The position numbers were made by a program, and so were the translations under genes. A stretch of DNA of 40,897 nucleotides. Source: a virus. The stretch lies in the IMG/VR virus record IMGVR_UViG_3300030519_000008; one strand, written 5' to 3'. This document shows positions 32,359 to 39,810 of this stretch, one piece after another. Numbering within the stretch: position 1 is the first letter of the stretch; the number at the start of each line of letters is the position of its first letter. The notes below the pieces were generated by a model, which was not told the DNA's origin, ran no database searches, and saw only the letters and a list, made by a program, of their open reading frames with translations.

Positions 32359-34037
32359 CCGGGCTGCCCTTGGTTGGGCATGCTGCCCTGCGGCGCCACA
32401 GCCTTGGTCATGGCCGCCATGCCAGGCAGCGCCTGGGTGAGTTGGGCGGCCTGCTTGTCCTGCTGCCGACCCTGGCGCAACTGGGCCACCGCATCGGCGC
32501 TGCGGATGAACCTGGACGGCGCGCCGTTGATGTCGGCCACCTCGGGGGTGATGACGTCGAAGTCATACCAGTCCATGACGCTGGGATCCTGGGTCTGGCT
32601 GGCGATCTCGGCAGAATACTGAACGCTGCGCATGATGCCGGACGCAGCTTCGGAACGCATCTGCCGGTTGAGCGGGGCGTCATACTCGACCTTGTATTCG
32701 GCATTCGCGTCCAGGATGATCTGCGGCGGGGGCGGAATCAGGCCCTGGTAGACCAGCAGATCGAACTCCCGCTCGATCATCGGGCCCAGGCCTTCGCTCT
32801 GGAACCGGCCCATGGTGGGCGAGATGAGCGCGCCCTTCTCCCGGGCCCGCTCCAGCACTTCTGTCGCGGTCATCTGGGGCGTCTCAACCAGGATCTGGAA
32901 CAGGTCGATCAGGAAGCCCGAGTTGATGGCCTTCCGTTCGTCCTCCATGATCTCCTGGCCGATTCGGGGATCCCCCGTGGGCAGTGCATGAACCAGGGGC
33001 CGACCATCGGCGGACACGCCACCGTAGTTCAGGGCCCCGTTGCGCATCTGGAATGAGTCCAGGATCCCGTCGTCGTAGGCCAGCAGAACCGGATCCAGCG
33101 CGCGGTGCCCGGTCTTCAAGACGACCTTCTTCTCCTCGTTCAGCACGTTGATGCTGGGGAAGACGTTCATGGCCGGACCGCGGCCGTAGTCCTCGCCCGG
33201 CGCGGTCAGGTAGCGCGCCACGCTGTAAGGGAAGGTGCGGTAGCCACCCTCCTCCAGCAGATATCGCGCGTCCTTCAGGATGTAGTGGGAGCTGAACCGC
33301 TTGCCCTTGGCATCGATCCGGTAGCCGTCATACTCGCGGTTAGGCCGGACGCAGTGGACGAGGAACACTTCCTCTTCGGGCGCGGCGCTGAGCTTGTCCT
33401 TCAGCGACTGCGGGAGATTGTCCTTGCCCCAGCGCTGGGCGATCTGCCGCAAGGTCATCTTGAACCGACGATAGACAGTGTCGACCTGGCCTTGGTGGTT
33501 GACCGAGAAGAACAGTTCGCCCAGGGGGATCTGCCGGTAGCGCAGGCCGCGGGCGCTGGGGTCGGTGGGATCCCGGTAGGCATCGGTGAACAGGCCACAG
33601 GTTCCGAAGGCGCCGATGGAGATGAAGCCTTCGTGCATGTTGCTGTGGAAGCCTGAGCGCGGGGAATACCGGTAGTGGAACATGGTGTCGGCCACCAGGT
33701 CATACCAGTTCATCGCGTCCCTGGACTTGCGCAGGGTGGGGTCAGTCGGCCGGATTCGGTGCCACTGGCTGCCCATCGGCACCAGCTCGGACTCCATGAT
33801 CGAGGCGAACTTGAGCAGGGCGCCATTCGCCGTGACGTCGAACTGCTCCTGGTTCCTCTGCTGGCCGGGGACCGTGTTGCCCTGGCTGAAGAAGCTGGTG
33901 CTGTAGTGGGGCAGCACCTTCTGAGAGACTTGCTCCCATTGGCCCTCAAAAATCCCCCGGGTGGTGAATTTCCGCTCGGCTGCCTGTAGAATTTCATCCA
34001 CAACAGATTCGTTTTGCGGCGTGACGGCCCCGTTCAT
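32355..34037 (-). CDS. Portal (head-to-tail connector) protein, podovirus/T7-type
   Basis: ORF 32355..34136 trimmed to ATG 34037, which overlaps the HNH stop (ATGA). 560 aa. Position after the terminase. FEGQWEQVSQKVLPHYSTSFFSQGN...ESELVPMGSQWHRIRP resembles connector-family N-termini. Confidence 0.85.
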   Translation of the reverse strand: MNGAVTPQNESVVDEILQAAERKFTTRGIFEGQWEQVSQKVLPHYSTSFFSQGNTVPGQQRNQEQFDVTANGALLKFASIMESELVPMGSQWHRIRPTDPTLRKSRDAMNWYDLVADTMFHYRYSPRSGFHSNMHEGFISIGAFGTCGLFTDAYRDPTDPSARGLRYRQIPLGELFFSVNHQGQVDTVYRRFKMTLRQIAQRWGKDNLPQSLKDKLSAAPEEEVFLVHCVRPNREYDGYRIDAKGKRFSSHYILKDARYLLEEGGYRTFPYSVARYLTAPGEDYGRGPAMNVFPSINVLNEEKKVVLKTGHRALDPVLLAYDDGILDSFQMRNGALNYGGVSADGRPLVHALPTGDPRIGQEIMEDERKAINSGFLIDLFQILVETPQMTATEVLERAREKGALISPTMGRFQSEGLGPMIEREFDLLVYQGLIPPPPQIILDANAEYKVEYDAPLNRQMRSEAASGIMRSVQYSAEIASQTQDPSVMDWYDFDVITPEVADINGAPSRFIRSADAVAQLRQGRQQDKQAAQLTQALPGMAAMTKAVAPQGSMPNQGQPG

Positions 34038-34489
34038 ACGTGCCCCCAGCGAGAACCGTTTCGAATCTTGTAGAGCCCTCCACGGGAAACCCCGTAGTGT
34101 GCGGCGATGTCCTTGCCACTTCCGAAGGGGATGCACTTGGGCAGCGCGCGGATCTCGGCTACCTGCTCAGCGGAAAGCTGAGACTGCTCTTCCCGTGGCA
34201 CGAAGTTGCGCCCCTTGGACACACAGTCGACTGAGTTGTCCTTCATCGTCCCAAGGAAAAGATGCTCTGGGTTGACACAAGCCGGATTGTCGCAACGATA
34301 GCAGATGACCAAGCCGCTAGGGATCTCACCAACGAAGAGCCGATAAGACATGCGGTGCGCCATCTCCACCTTCTCGCCGTCCCAAATTTTCCCGTAGCCC
34401 GGGGAGTTCACCGCGCCGAACCAGAGCCAGCAGCCAGACATGGGCTCGGGGGTGAATTTTTCGTCGAAGCGCTGAGCCAGGGTTTTCAT
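34034..34489 (-). CDS. HNH homing endonuclease (free-standing; candidate mobile element)
   Basis: ORF trimmed to MKTLAQRF (ATG 34489). GCWLWFGAVNSPGYGKIW...MAHRMSYRLFVGEIPSGLVICYRCDNPACVNPEHLFLGTMKDN is the HNH_3-type core. The C-terminal ~50 aa form an HTH-like tail. Confidence 0.85.
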   Translation of the reverse strand: MKTLAQRFDEKFTPEPMSGCWLWFGAVNSPGYGKIWDGEKVEMAHRMSYRLFVGEIPSGLVICYRCDNPACVNPEHLFLGTMKDNSVDCVSKGRNFVPREEQSQLSAEQVAEIRALPKCIPFGSGKDIAAHYGVSRGGLYKIRNGSRWGHV

Positions 34490-34490
34490 A

Positions 34491-34745
34491 TCACTGCCCC
34501 AATAAAGTTTTTGAGGCGGACTGGGTGCTGTTGAGCCCGCCACCGCCGGTCAGCAGGGTGGCGGATCGCCCGCGCTGCAGCATCATCTGCTGCTGCTGGG
34601 CGGCCACGTCCAGGCTGTCGGCGCTGTTGCCCAGGGTAGGCGCGGGAGGCGGGGTGACGGGATCCGCGGGCTTCGCTGGGGCACCGAGCCAGCCGAACGG
34701 ATTCGCCAGGTTGGTTGGCTTCGCGCTGTTGAACATACCACCCAT
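34491..34745 (-). CDS. Small hypothetical protein, 84 aa
   Basis: ORF 34491..34919 trimmed to ATG 34745, downstream of the terL stop. MGGMFNSAKPTNLANPFGWLG...QQQMMLQRGRSATLLTGGGGL. Confidence 0.5.
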   Translation of the reverse strand: MGGMFNSAKPTNLANPFGWLGAPAKPADPVTPPPAPTLGNSADSLDVAAQQQQMMLQRGRSATLLTGGGGLNSTQSASKTLLGQ

Positions 34746-34791
34746 GCCGGCCCCCAGATAGCAACGTGGTGAGAATACCACAACACGCAAG

Positions 34792-36333
34792 CTATGAGAA
34801 GACGTCGAAGTCCTGGCCCGGGACCGCGGCGCGCCGGGGGGCATCCCTGGGGCCCAGGTGCTTGGGCCTGGCGTCGCCCCAGACCACCCCGGTGCCCGGC
34901 CCTGGGGTAGACGGGCCAAAGACTGGGTCGTCCATCCCTACGGCCAAGGTAGACCGGTTCCTGCGTGTTTCTCGGTTCAGGGCCAGATCGGAGCCGCCCA
35001 TGCCCAGGACCGCGTACTGGAGCGCGTCATGAGGATGGCTGTATTGGTTCTTCTTGGGGGATTCGTGGTAGGTGGCGCTGCCGGACGTGGCCACCTTGGC
35101 GAAGCAATACCCGCCGGCGAAGCCCTTGCGCAGGATCCCGCAGCCCGGGTTGAGCATGAAGCCCGGCTTGCCATCCACCATCCGGTTGAGGAAGGCCGAC
35201 ACCGCTTCGATGCGCAGGGTGGGGTCATTGGTGCTCGCCGGCTTCCAGTGCCAGGGGGTCCGGCTGTTCATGATCTCGAAGATGGTCCGCTCGTCGGGAC
35301 CACGGGACGTGCCGGCCGGATCGCCTATGGCGGCCGAGACGTGGAAGTCTGGGTAGCGCTGCTTCATGAAGGCGGTCAGGGAGTCAGCGAAGCGTATAAT
35401 CCCGGAATCGTCGCACACGTACTCGTCCACCACCAGGATCCTGCCGTCCGGCCACTGCTGGCAGATCGCGCAGGCAGGGGTCAGCCCCCAGTCGGCGCCG
35501 AGCACCAGGGGAATGCCTGGGAGAGGAGGGACGGGGGCCGCAGGAACGTGGACGCTGTCACGGAAGCTGGGGTAGACGACCTGGCCTTCGATGAGGAACC
35601 CGTCGAGGCCATCCACGTAGACCTTAACGAACTCCGCATCCTTTCCCTCCATTAGCGTTAGGTAGTAGTCTTTCGGCAAGTTCTGGATGTTCTCTGCTTC
35701 AGGGCTACGGCCGCTGGGTTGCCGCATCATGACCCAGTTCTTGGGAATCTTAACCCCGGGGTCTGTGGGGCTGAACACTTTGTGCAGCCAGTGCTCCGTG
35801 TCGCTAGGGTTGCTGGTGAGTAGGATGCCCCGCCAGGTGCAGCCGCCTTGCAGCCGGGACGGGTACCGCCCCACGCGAGTGGTGAGCACGTCAAGAACAC
35901 CCTTCGGGATCTCCCGGCACTCGTCGATCCAGGCTCCGGTGATTTCCAGGGAGAGCAGCTTGGACACGTCTTCCTCGGTGTCAAGCGGCAAAAACATCAC
36001 TTCGATGTCCAGCCCAGGCGCCTGGATCCGGTGGACGATGGGGGATCCGCCGATGGTCAGCTTGCCAAAGGTCCGGGGGCACCATTGTTCCCAACTCTTC
36101 AGGGTAGTGGACTTAAGCATAGCGAAAGTGTTACGTATTATGGCCCAGCGGGTACGCCGGATGCCGTCAGGCCCAGGTTCCTGCGCCATGCTGCGGCGAA
36201 GGATTTCCACACAGGCCCCGGCGGTCTTGCCACTTCCTACCGGACCGATGAGTACTCTCACGAAAGAGTCATCCTCCATCCAGGCCTTGACGACGGGGCC
36301 ACTTGGGGTGAAGTTGATCTCAGTCATCGGCAT
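34792..36333 (-). CDS. Terminase large subunit
   Basis: Walker A GPVGSGKT, Walker B AWIDECRE, nuclease-domain acidic motifs LGADWG and AIGDPAG. Start at ATG 36333, or at 36327 (the latter is an ATGA overlap with the upstream small ORF). Confidence 0.9.
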   Translation of the reverse strand: MPMTEINFTPSGPVVKAWMEDDSFVRVLIGPVGSGKTAGACVEILRRSMAQEPGPDGIRRTRWAIIRNTFAMLKSTTLKSWEQWCPRTFGKLTIGGSPIVHRIQAPGLDIEVMFLPLDTEEDVSKLLSLEITGAWIDECREIPKGVLDVLTTRVGRYPSRLQGGCTWRGILLTSNPSDTEHWLHKVFSPTDPGVKIPKNWVMMRQPSGRSPEAENIQNLPKDYYLTLMEGKDAEFVKVYVDGLDGFLIEGQVVYPSFRDSVHVPAAPVPPLPGIPLVLGADWGLTPACAICQQWPDGRILVVDEYVCDDSGIIRFADSLTAFMKQRYPDFHVSAAIGDPAGTSRGPDERTIFEIMNSRTPWHWKPASTNDPTLRIEAVSAFLNRMVDGKPGFMLNPGCGILRKGFAGGYCFAKVATSGSATYHESPKKNQYSHPHDALQYAVLGMGGSDLALNRETRRNRSTLAVGMDDPVFGPSTPGPGTGVVWGDARPKHLGPRDAPRRAAVPGQDFDVFS

Positions 36334-36524
36334 GCCCAGCGGAGCCACGCCACGGCTATAATGGCCAGCGCCACGAAACCGCACGCCGCGCCGAATCTGA
36401 TGGCCCAACGGTCCAGCCGCTCATCCTCAGCCTGCAGCTGGTCCAGGCGTCTTTGTATTTCTTCCGGGTCTCGGGAGCCTGAGTGCCGAGAATGCAGGGG
36501 GGTGCGCGCGGCTGGATTAATCAA
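36324..36524 (-). CDS. Possible 66-aa C-terminally membrane-anchored protein between terS and terL
   Basis: Only a TTG start is available, overlapping the terS stop; the stop overlaps the terL start. Coiled-coil-like EEIQRRLDQLQAEDERLDRW, then TM FGAACGFVALAIIAVAWL. Confidence 0.35.
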   Translation of the reverse strand: MINPAARTPLHSRHSGSRDPEEIQRRLDQLQAEDERLDRWAIRFGAACGFVALAIIAVAWLRWACR

Positions 36525-36972
36525 AGATCGACTCCTTGGCCTCTACCTCGACCGTGGCGCCCTTCGGTGCGGCCAAGCCAGTGATGTTGATCTGAAAGTT
36601 GTTCGCCTCAGCCTTGTCCTTTTCGCCCAGCCCGTACAGCGCCTGCTTCTGCTTCAGCGCCTGGCTGTAAGCGTTGGCGTTGCCGGTTTGGCGAGCAAAC
36701 TTGATCAGTTGCTCGATCTCTTCCACCGCTTCCTTCACGGTGTAGGTCGCACTGTCGTCCAGGGCCCGGGCCACCTTCTTGCGGTAGTCCTCGACGGCTT
36801 CCTTGATCTGATCCATCTCCAGCAGCTTCCAGCCACGGGTGTGCGCCGCCTGGGGAGCGAAGCCGGCGCCGATGGCCGCCTGGGTCGCGTTGGCCCCATT
36901 GCAGTAGAGTTCCACGAACTTAACCTGCTGGGAGGTGAGAGGCTTGGTGCGGGTGCGGTATTCCTTTTTCAA
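36517..36972 (-). CDS. Terminase small subunit
   Basis: LTSQQVKFVELYCNGANATQAAIGAGFAPQAAHTRGWKLL is the classic Terminase_2-type N-terminal HTH. Confidence 0.85.
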   Translation of the reverse strand: MKKEYRTRTKPLTSQQVKFVELYCNGANATQAAIGAGFAPQAAHTRGWKLLEMDQIKEAVEDYRKKVARALDDSATYTVKEAVEEIEQLIKFARQTGNANAYSQALKQKQALYGLGEKDKAEANNFQINITGLAAPKGATVEVEAKESIFD

Positions 36973-37121
36973 GGGAGCTTCTCCCAGATGACGATGTAGA
37001 GGTCGGGGTAGTCGAGGATCGAGTGGAGGTCATAGCCTTCGGACAGGCAGGAGTTGAGGTGGTCCTGGAGCGCGGTGGGCGTGTCCTTGGGAATGGTGAT
37101 GGCCTGGAAGCGGGGAGGCAT
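36969..37121 (-). CDS. Small hypothetical protein, 50 aa; first gene of the late arm
   Basis: ORF 36969..37193 trimmed to ATG 37121, with AAGGAG 7 nt upstream. Overlaps the terS start. Confidence 0.5.
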   Translation of the reverse strand: MPPRFQAITIPKDTPTALQDHLNSCLSEGYDLHSILDYPDLYIVIWEKLP

Positions 37122-37144
37122 GAATGGGCTCCTTTGTGGGTTAG

Positions 37145-37173
37145 ATTGTGACATGGTGCGCAAGGGGTGACAA
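37145..37173 (-). promoter_or_regulatory. Candidate late-arm promoter
   Basis: Minus strand: TTGTCA (37173-37168), 17 nt, CACAAT (37150-37145). CGCACC repeats flank the -35 (tttCGCACCcTTGTCAccccttgCGCACC). Confidence 0.35.
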
Positions 37174-37185
37174 GGGTGCGAAAGA

Positions 37186-37224
37186 GGTCTCATAAAATAA
37201 AAATAAAATTTTTATGGAAAGACC
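37186..37224. other. AT-rich hairpin upstream of the late arm
   Basis: GGTCT-CATAAAA (37186-37197) pairs with TTTTATG-gaa-AGACC (37210-37224). 12-nt A/T loop. Confidence 0.4.
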
Positions 37225-37658
37225 CTATCGCGTGAGGACTTGGCCCCGGGCTTCACGGCGCCGGCCCGAATCCGGCCCCCCGGCTCCCTCTGGCCGAAAG
37301 ATCGCAAGGGTCCCCCTCGACCAGGCCTGAGCGTTCGCCCACGTCCAGACGCGCCGGCCGGCCCCTGCGGATGGGGTGCGATAGCAATGACGTGCTCATC
37401 AAAGAGTCGATATTTATGAGCGTGCAGCTGACAGTTATGAATGATGAGTAGCGCACCTATACAGCATATGGGTTTTAGGCTTATGAACAATGTTACATAA
37501 TGGTCGTTATCTAAAGCTATGAGCGTGACGCATGAGAGATGATGGGGGATGCGCAGATAGAAATGAGTTTCATTTAGAACTCTCTTCTATTTGGAACGTG
37601 GGATGCCGGCCGCGGGCCCGCGGATTCGTCGCACCCCAAAAATAGTTCGAAAATAGTT

Positions 37659-37687
37659 GTTGCGCATTTCGTAACATGGCCTAACCT
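37659..37687 (+). promoter_or_regulatory. Accessory-operon promoter with an overlapping operator-like 17-mer
   Basis: GTTGCGCATTTCGTAAC at 37659-37675 is a perfect motif match. TTGCGC (37660-37665), 16 nt, TAACCT (37682-37687). GGAGG at 37696-37700. Confidence 0.55.
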
Positions 37688-37707
37688 TGAGTCATGGAGG
37701 AAACACA

Positions 37708-37884
37708 ATGGATAACCTGGCAGTCATGCAAGGCTTCACTGAAGAGGTCACACTGACCGGCTCGGAGCATGATCTTTACCTGCTGATCAAGCCTTGCACT
37801 GACATGGATTCCAGGTTCAAAGCTTGGGACACCGATTGCCAGGAATTCATCTACGTCAACGGTTGGCTGTTCAATCGGGAGTAG
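37708..37884 (+). CDS. Small acidic hypothetical protein, 58 aa
   Basis: ORF 37687..37884 trimmed to ATG 37708, 7 nt after GGAGG. Low-GC codon usage. Confidence 0.55.
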   Translation: MDNLAVMQGFTEEVTLTGSEHDLYLLIKPCTDMDSRFKAWDTDCQEFIYVNGWLFNRE

Positions 37885-37886
37885 AG

Positions 37887-37958
37887 ATGAACCACTTCGG
37901 CCGATTCATCCTATTCTTTGTCCTCATCGCAACCCTCACCCTTCACTTTTTCTTCTAA
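37887..37958 (+). CDS. Hydrophobic micro-ORF, 23 aa with one TM-like segment
   Basis: Hand translation: MNHFGRFILFFVLIATLTLHFFF. GGGAG 5 nt upstream. Exactly fills the gap between two genes. Confidence 0.35.
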   Translation: MNHFGRFILFFVLIATLTLHFFF

Positions 37959-37970
37959 CGGAGTCCAACC

Positions 37971-38360
37971 ATGTCAGCGTATCTCTGCAGTGAACGCCAT
38001 ATCTCCGCAGTTGCAACGATCGTTGCACAGAATCCCGGGATGTATTTGTTGCTTGGTTCGATCTTTGACCAGCTGGTCATGGACAATGTTGCCAGCTTGC
38101 AAGCGCGGTATCCACATGACCCGGACATGTGGGAAGGGTATGATGAATACTGCGTTCAACTGGTCAAAGTGGATTTGAAGACGACCCAAGGTAAAGCGCA
38201 AGCGCTCAAGGCCTTGAATTGCTACTCATATCAGGCCTGCGAGTTTGACGGATGGGGAAAGTCAGACTCTTACCAATGGGTCGAATTCGCCATTGCCAAG
38301 CTTGAAAAGACTGTTTCCAAAGAATCCAGCGAGTATCAATCCTCCGACTGGGGGTTTTAA
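37971..38360 (+). CDS. Hypothetical protein, 129 aa; partner of the GP88-like gene
   Basis: GGAG 7 nt before ATG 37971. Contains SERHISAV..., ...ASLQARYPHD... and LNCYSYQACEFDGWGKSDSY. I recognise the general pattern from phage hypothetical proteins but cannot name a function. Confidence 0.7.
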   Translation: MSAYLCSERHISAVATIVAQNPGMYLLLGSIFDQLVMDNVASLQARYPHDPDMWEGYDEYCVQLVKVDLKTTQGKAQALKALNCYSYQACEFDGWGKSDSYQWVEFAIAKLEKTVSKESSEYQSSDWGF

Positions 38361-38362
38361 CC

Positions 38363-39016
38363 ATGTTCTCTGCAATTCCCCCAATCCAAGTAAAAACACT
38401 CAATCTGTTGTCAAAGCAGAACCAAAAGCTTGGCAAGGGTATCGCCAGCTGGTCTATCAGCTCTGGCATCAGCTGCCCCGGAAAAACTCCGGCCTGCAGC
38501 GCTTGCTATGCCGACGCTATGGAAAACCAGGGGCCCCACGCGGCCGCCATCAAAAAGGGGTGGGCCAAGCGCTATCAGATGACCTTTGACCTTGACGCGC
38601 TGGAATCCAGCCTATCCAAGGATCTAGCCAAGCTTGCGCCCGGCACTCCGGTGCGGATCCATGTATCTGGTGACTTCCATAATTCGGAATACGTCATGTT
38701 CTGGCGTTCGATCGCTCAGCGCTTCCCGGACTTGGCCTTCTTTGGCTACACTCGCAGCTGGCGTGTCCCATCGCTCATGCCGGCACTTGAAGCGCTTCAC
38801 GCTAGGCCGAATGTTACGCTTTTTGCATCGATGGATGAATATTGCACTCTGCCACCCAATGGATGGCGCTATGCCATGATGGGGACCTTGAATGGTCATC
38901 CAGCACCCGGCACCATTCTTTGTCCTGAGTTAACAAAAAAGGTATCAGACTGTGGATCCTGTAAACTTTGCTTCAACAAATCGGCAAAGCTCTCCGTGAC
39001 ATTCCCAATCCACTAG
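38363..39016 (+). CDS. Cys-rich GP88-like (Gp37/Gp68-DUF5131-like) protein; possible Fe-S enzyme
   Basis: QNQKLGKGIASWSISSGISCPGKTPACSACYA (C-x5-C-x2-C-Y-A) at the N-terminus and CPELTKKVSDCGSCKLC near the C-terminus. Starts 3 nt after the previous stop. Confidence 0.7.
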   Translation: MFSAIPPIQVKTLNLLSKQNQKLGKGIASWSISSGISCPGKTPACSACYADAMENQGPHAAAIKKGWAKRYQMTFDLDALESSLSKDLAKLAPGTPVRIHVSGDFHNSEYVMFWRSIAQRFPDLAFFGYTRSWRVPSLMPALEALHARPNVTLFASMDEYCTLPPNGWRYAMMGTLNGHPAPGTILCPELTKKVSDCGSCKLCFNKSAKLSVTFPIH

Positions 39017-39071
39017 AATCTAACCCGGGCCCTGCTATCGTGGCGGGGCCCCAATCTCTTGAGGTGACCCA

Positions 39072-39422
39072 ATGCGAGACCTTGAATCTAGACTTGCAAA
39101 GTGCAAGAAAGTCGTTGACGAACACTCAGCGATCCACGCTATGGAATTCGTGGATCAAGCCAAGATAAAGAAAATCTCAGTGCAGGCCTTGACCAATCGC
39201 GCGGAAAAAGATGCCAGTGTCCGAGGTGCCAGGGTGGATCACTGCACTATTTCCGCGCCTCAGGCCTTTGGGGAATGGCTGAACCTGAGATCCATACGCC
39301 CATACTTCCTTTGCGATAACACGATAGGGCTGGACGTCAAAGGGGCCCATCGCATTAAAGATATGTACATGCTTTGGTATGACAATGCGCATTGGGCCCG
39401 GGCCCAAAGGCCTATCAAATGA
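39072..39422 (+). CDS. Hypothetical protein, 116 aa
   Basis: GAGGTGA 5 nt before ATG 39072. No motif recognised. Confidence 0.6.
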   Translation: MRDLESRLAKCKKVVDEHSAIHAMEFVDQAKIKKISVQALTNRAEKDASVRGARVDHCTISAPQAFGEWLNLRSIRPYFLCDNTIGLDVKGAHRIKDMYMLWYDNAHWARAQRPIK

Positions 39423-39523
39423 GACACCGTCTCATCCTCTGCGCAGTCTTCGCTGCCATCATCTATGGAATCATCCAAGGCCTACCTTGCGCCGTCCAAG
39501 CGACCCTTGACCTATTCCACTGA
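39419..39523 (+). CDS. Hydrophobic micro-ORF, 34 aa with one TM-like segment
   Basis: Hand translation: MRHRLILCAVFAAIIYGIIQGLPCAVQATLDLFH. ATGA overlap with the upstream stop. Confidence 0.35.
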   Translation: MRHRLILCAVFAAIIYGIIQGLPCAVQATLDLFH

Positions 39524-39561
39524 CCCATTCTGTCCGTTCTCGATCCCCCAGGAGTCACCCC

Positions 39562-39786
39562 ATGGCGTTCCAGATCCCAGAGCCCTCCGTCTCCCTGAAG
39601 TCCAAGCTGACCACTCTCGCCAAGTCTGCCCACCACCGGGTCCGGTTGATCACCGATGACGAATTTGCGGAGATCAAGGGCACGGTCTGCCTGGAGGAGG
39701 ACGCGAAGGGCTGGTTCATGTTTGACAAGCGCCAAATCGTCCTGGATCAGCGCAGCAATGGGCAGCGCGTGATCTTCGCCGTCTAA
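39562..39786 (+). CDS. Hypothetical protein, 74 aa
   Basis: CAGGAG upstream of ATG 39562. Followed by a terminator. Confidence 0.6.
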   Translation: MAFQIPEPSVSLKSKLTTLAKSAHHRVRLITDDEFAEIKGTVCLEEDAKGWFMFDKRQIVLDQRSNGQRVIFAV

Positions 39787-39810
39787 ACCTAGAATGTCCG
39801 TTCTCAACCC

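Noticed and set aside
34792-36408. N-terminal extension of the terminase large subunit to ATG 36408
   Set aside because: The extra 25 residues (MGHQIRRGVRFRGAGHYSRGVAPLG) are Arg/Gly filler and overlap the small TM ORF. The conserved terminase sequence begins at MPMTEINF.
36969-37193. Start of the first late gene at ATG 37193 or 37154
   Set aside because: ATG 37193 lies inside the AT-rich hairpin, upstream of the candidate promoter. A strong AAGGAG precedes ATG 37121 at ideal spacing.
37212-37490. Track ORF of 92 aa (minus strand) in the control hub
   Set aside because: Its C-terminal two-thirds are Gly/Arg/Pro filler from the GC island. It has no SD, and it crosses from AT-rich into GC-rich sequence.
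37414-37620. Short repeats in the hub: TATGAGCGTG x2 (about 37414 and 37517), AAAATAGTT x2 (37638, 37650), the 14-bp palindrome CCGCGGGCCCGCGG (37608-37621), and TGGAACGTGG shared between 37592 and 40208 (reverse complement)
   Set aside because: Matches of 9-10 bp, and a 7+7 palindrome, are expected by chance several times at this genome size and local window. They are not strong enough alone to call as iterons.
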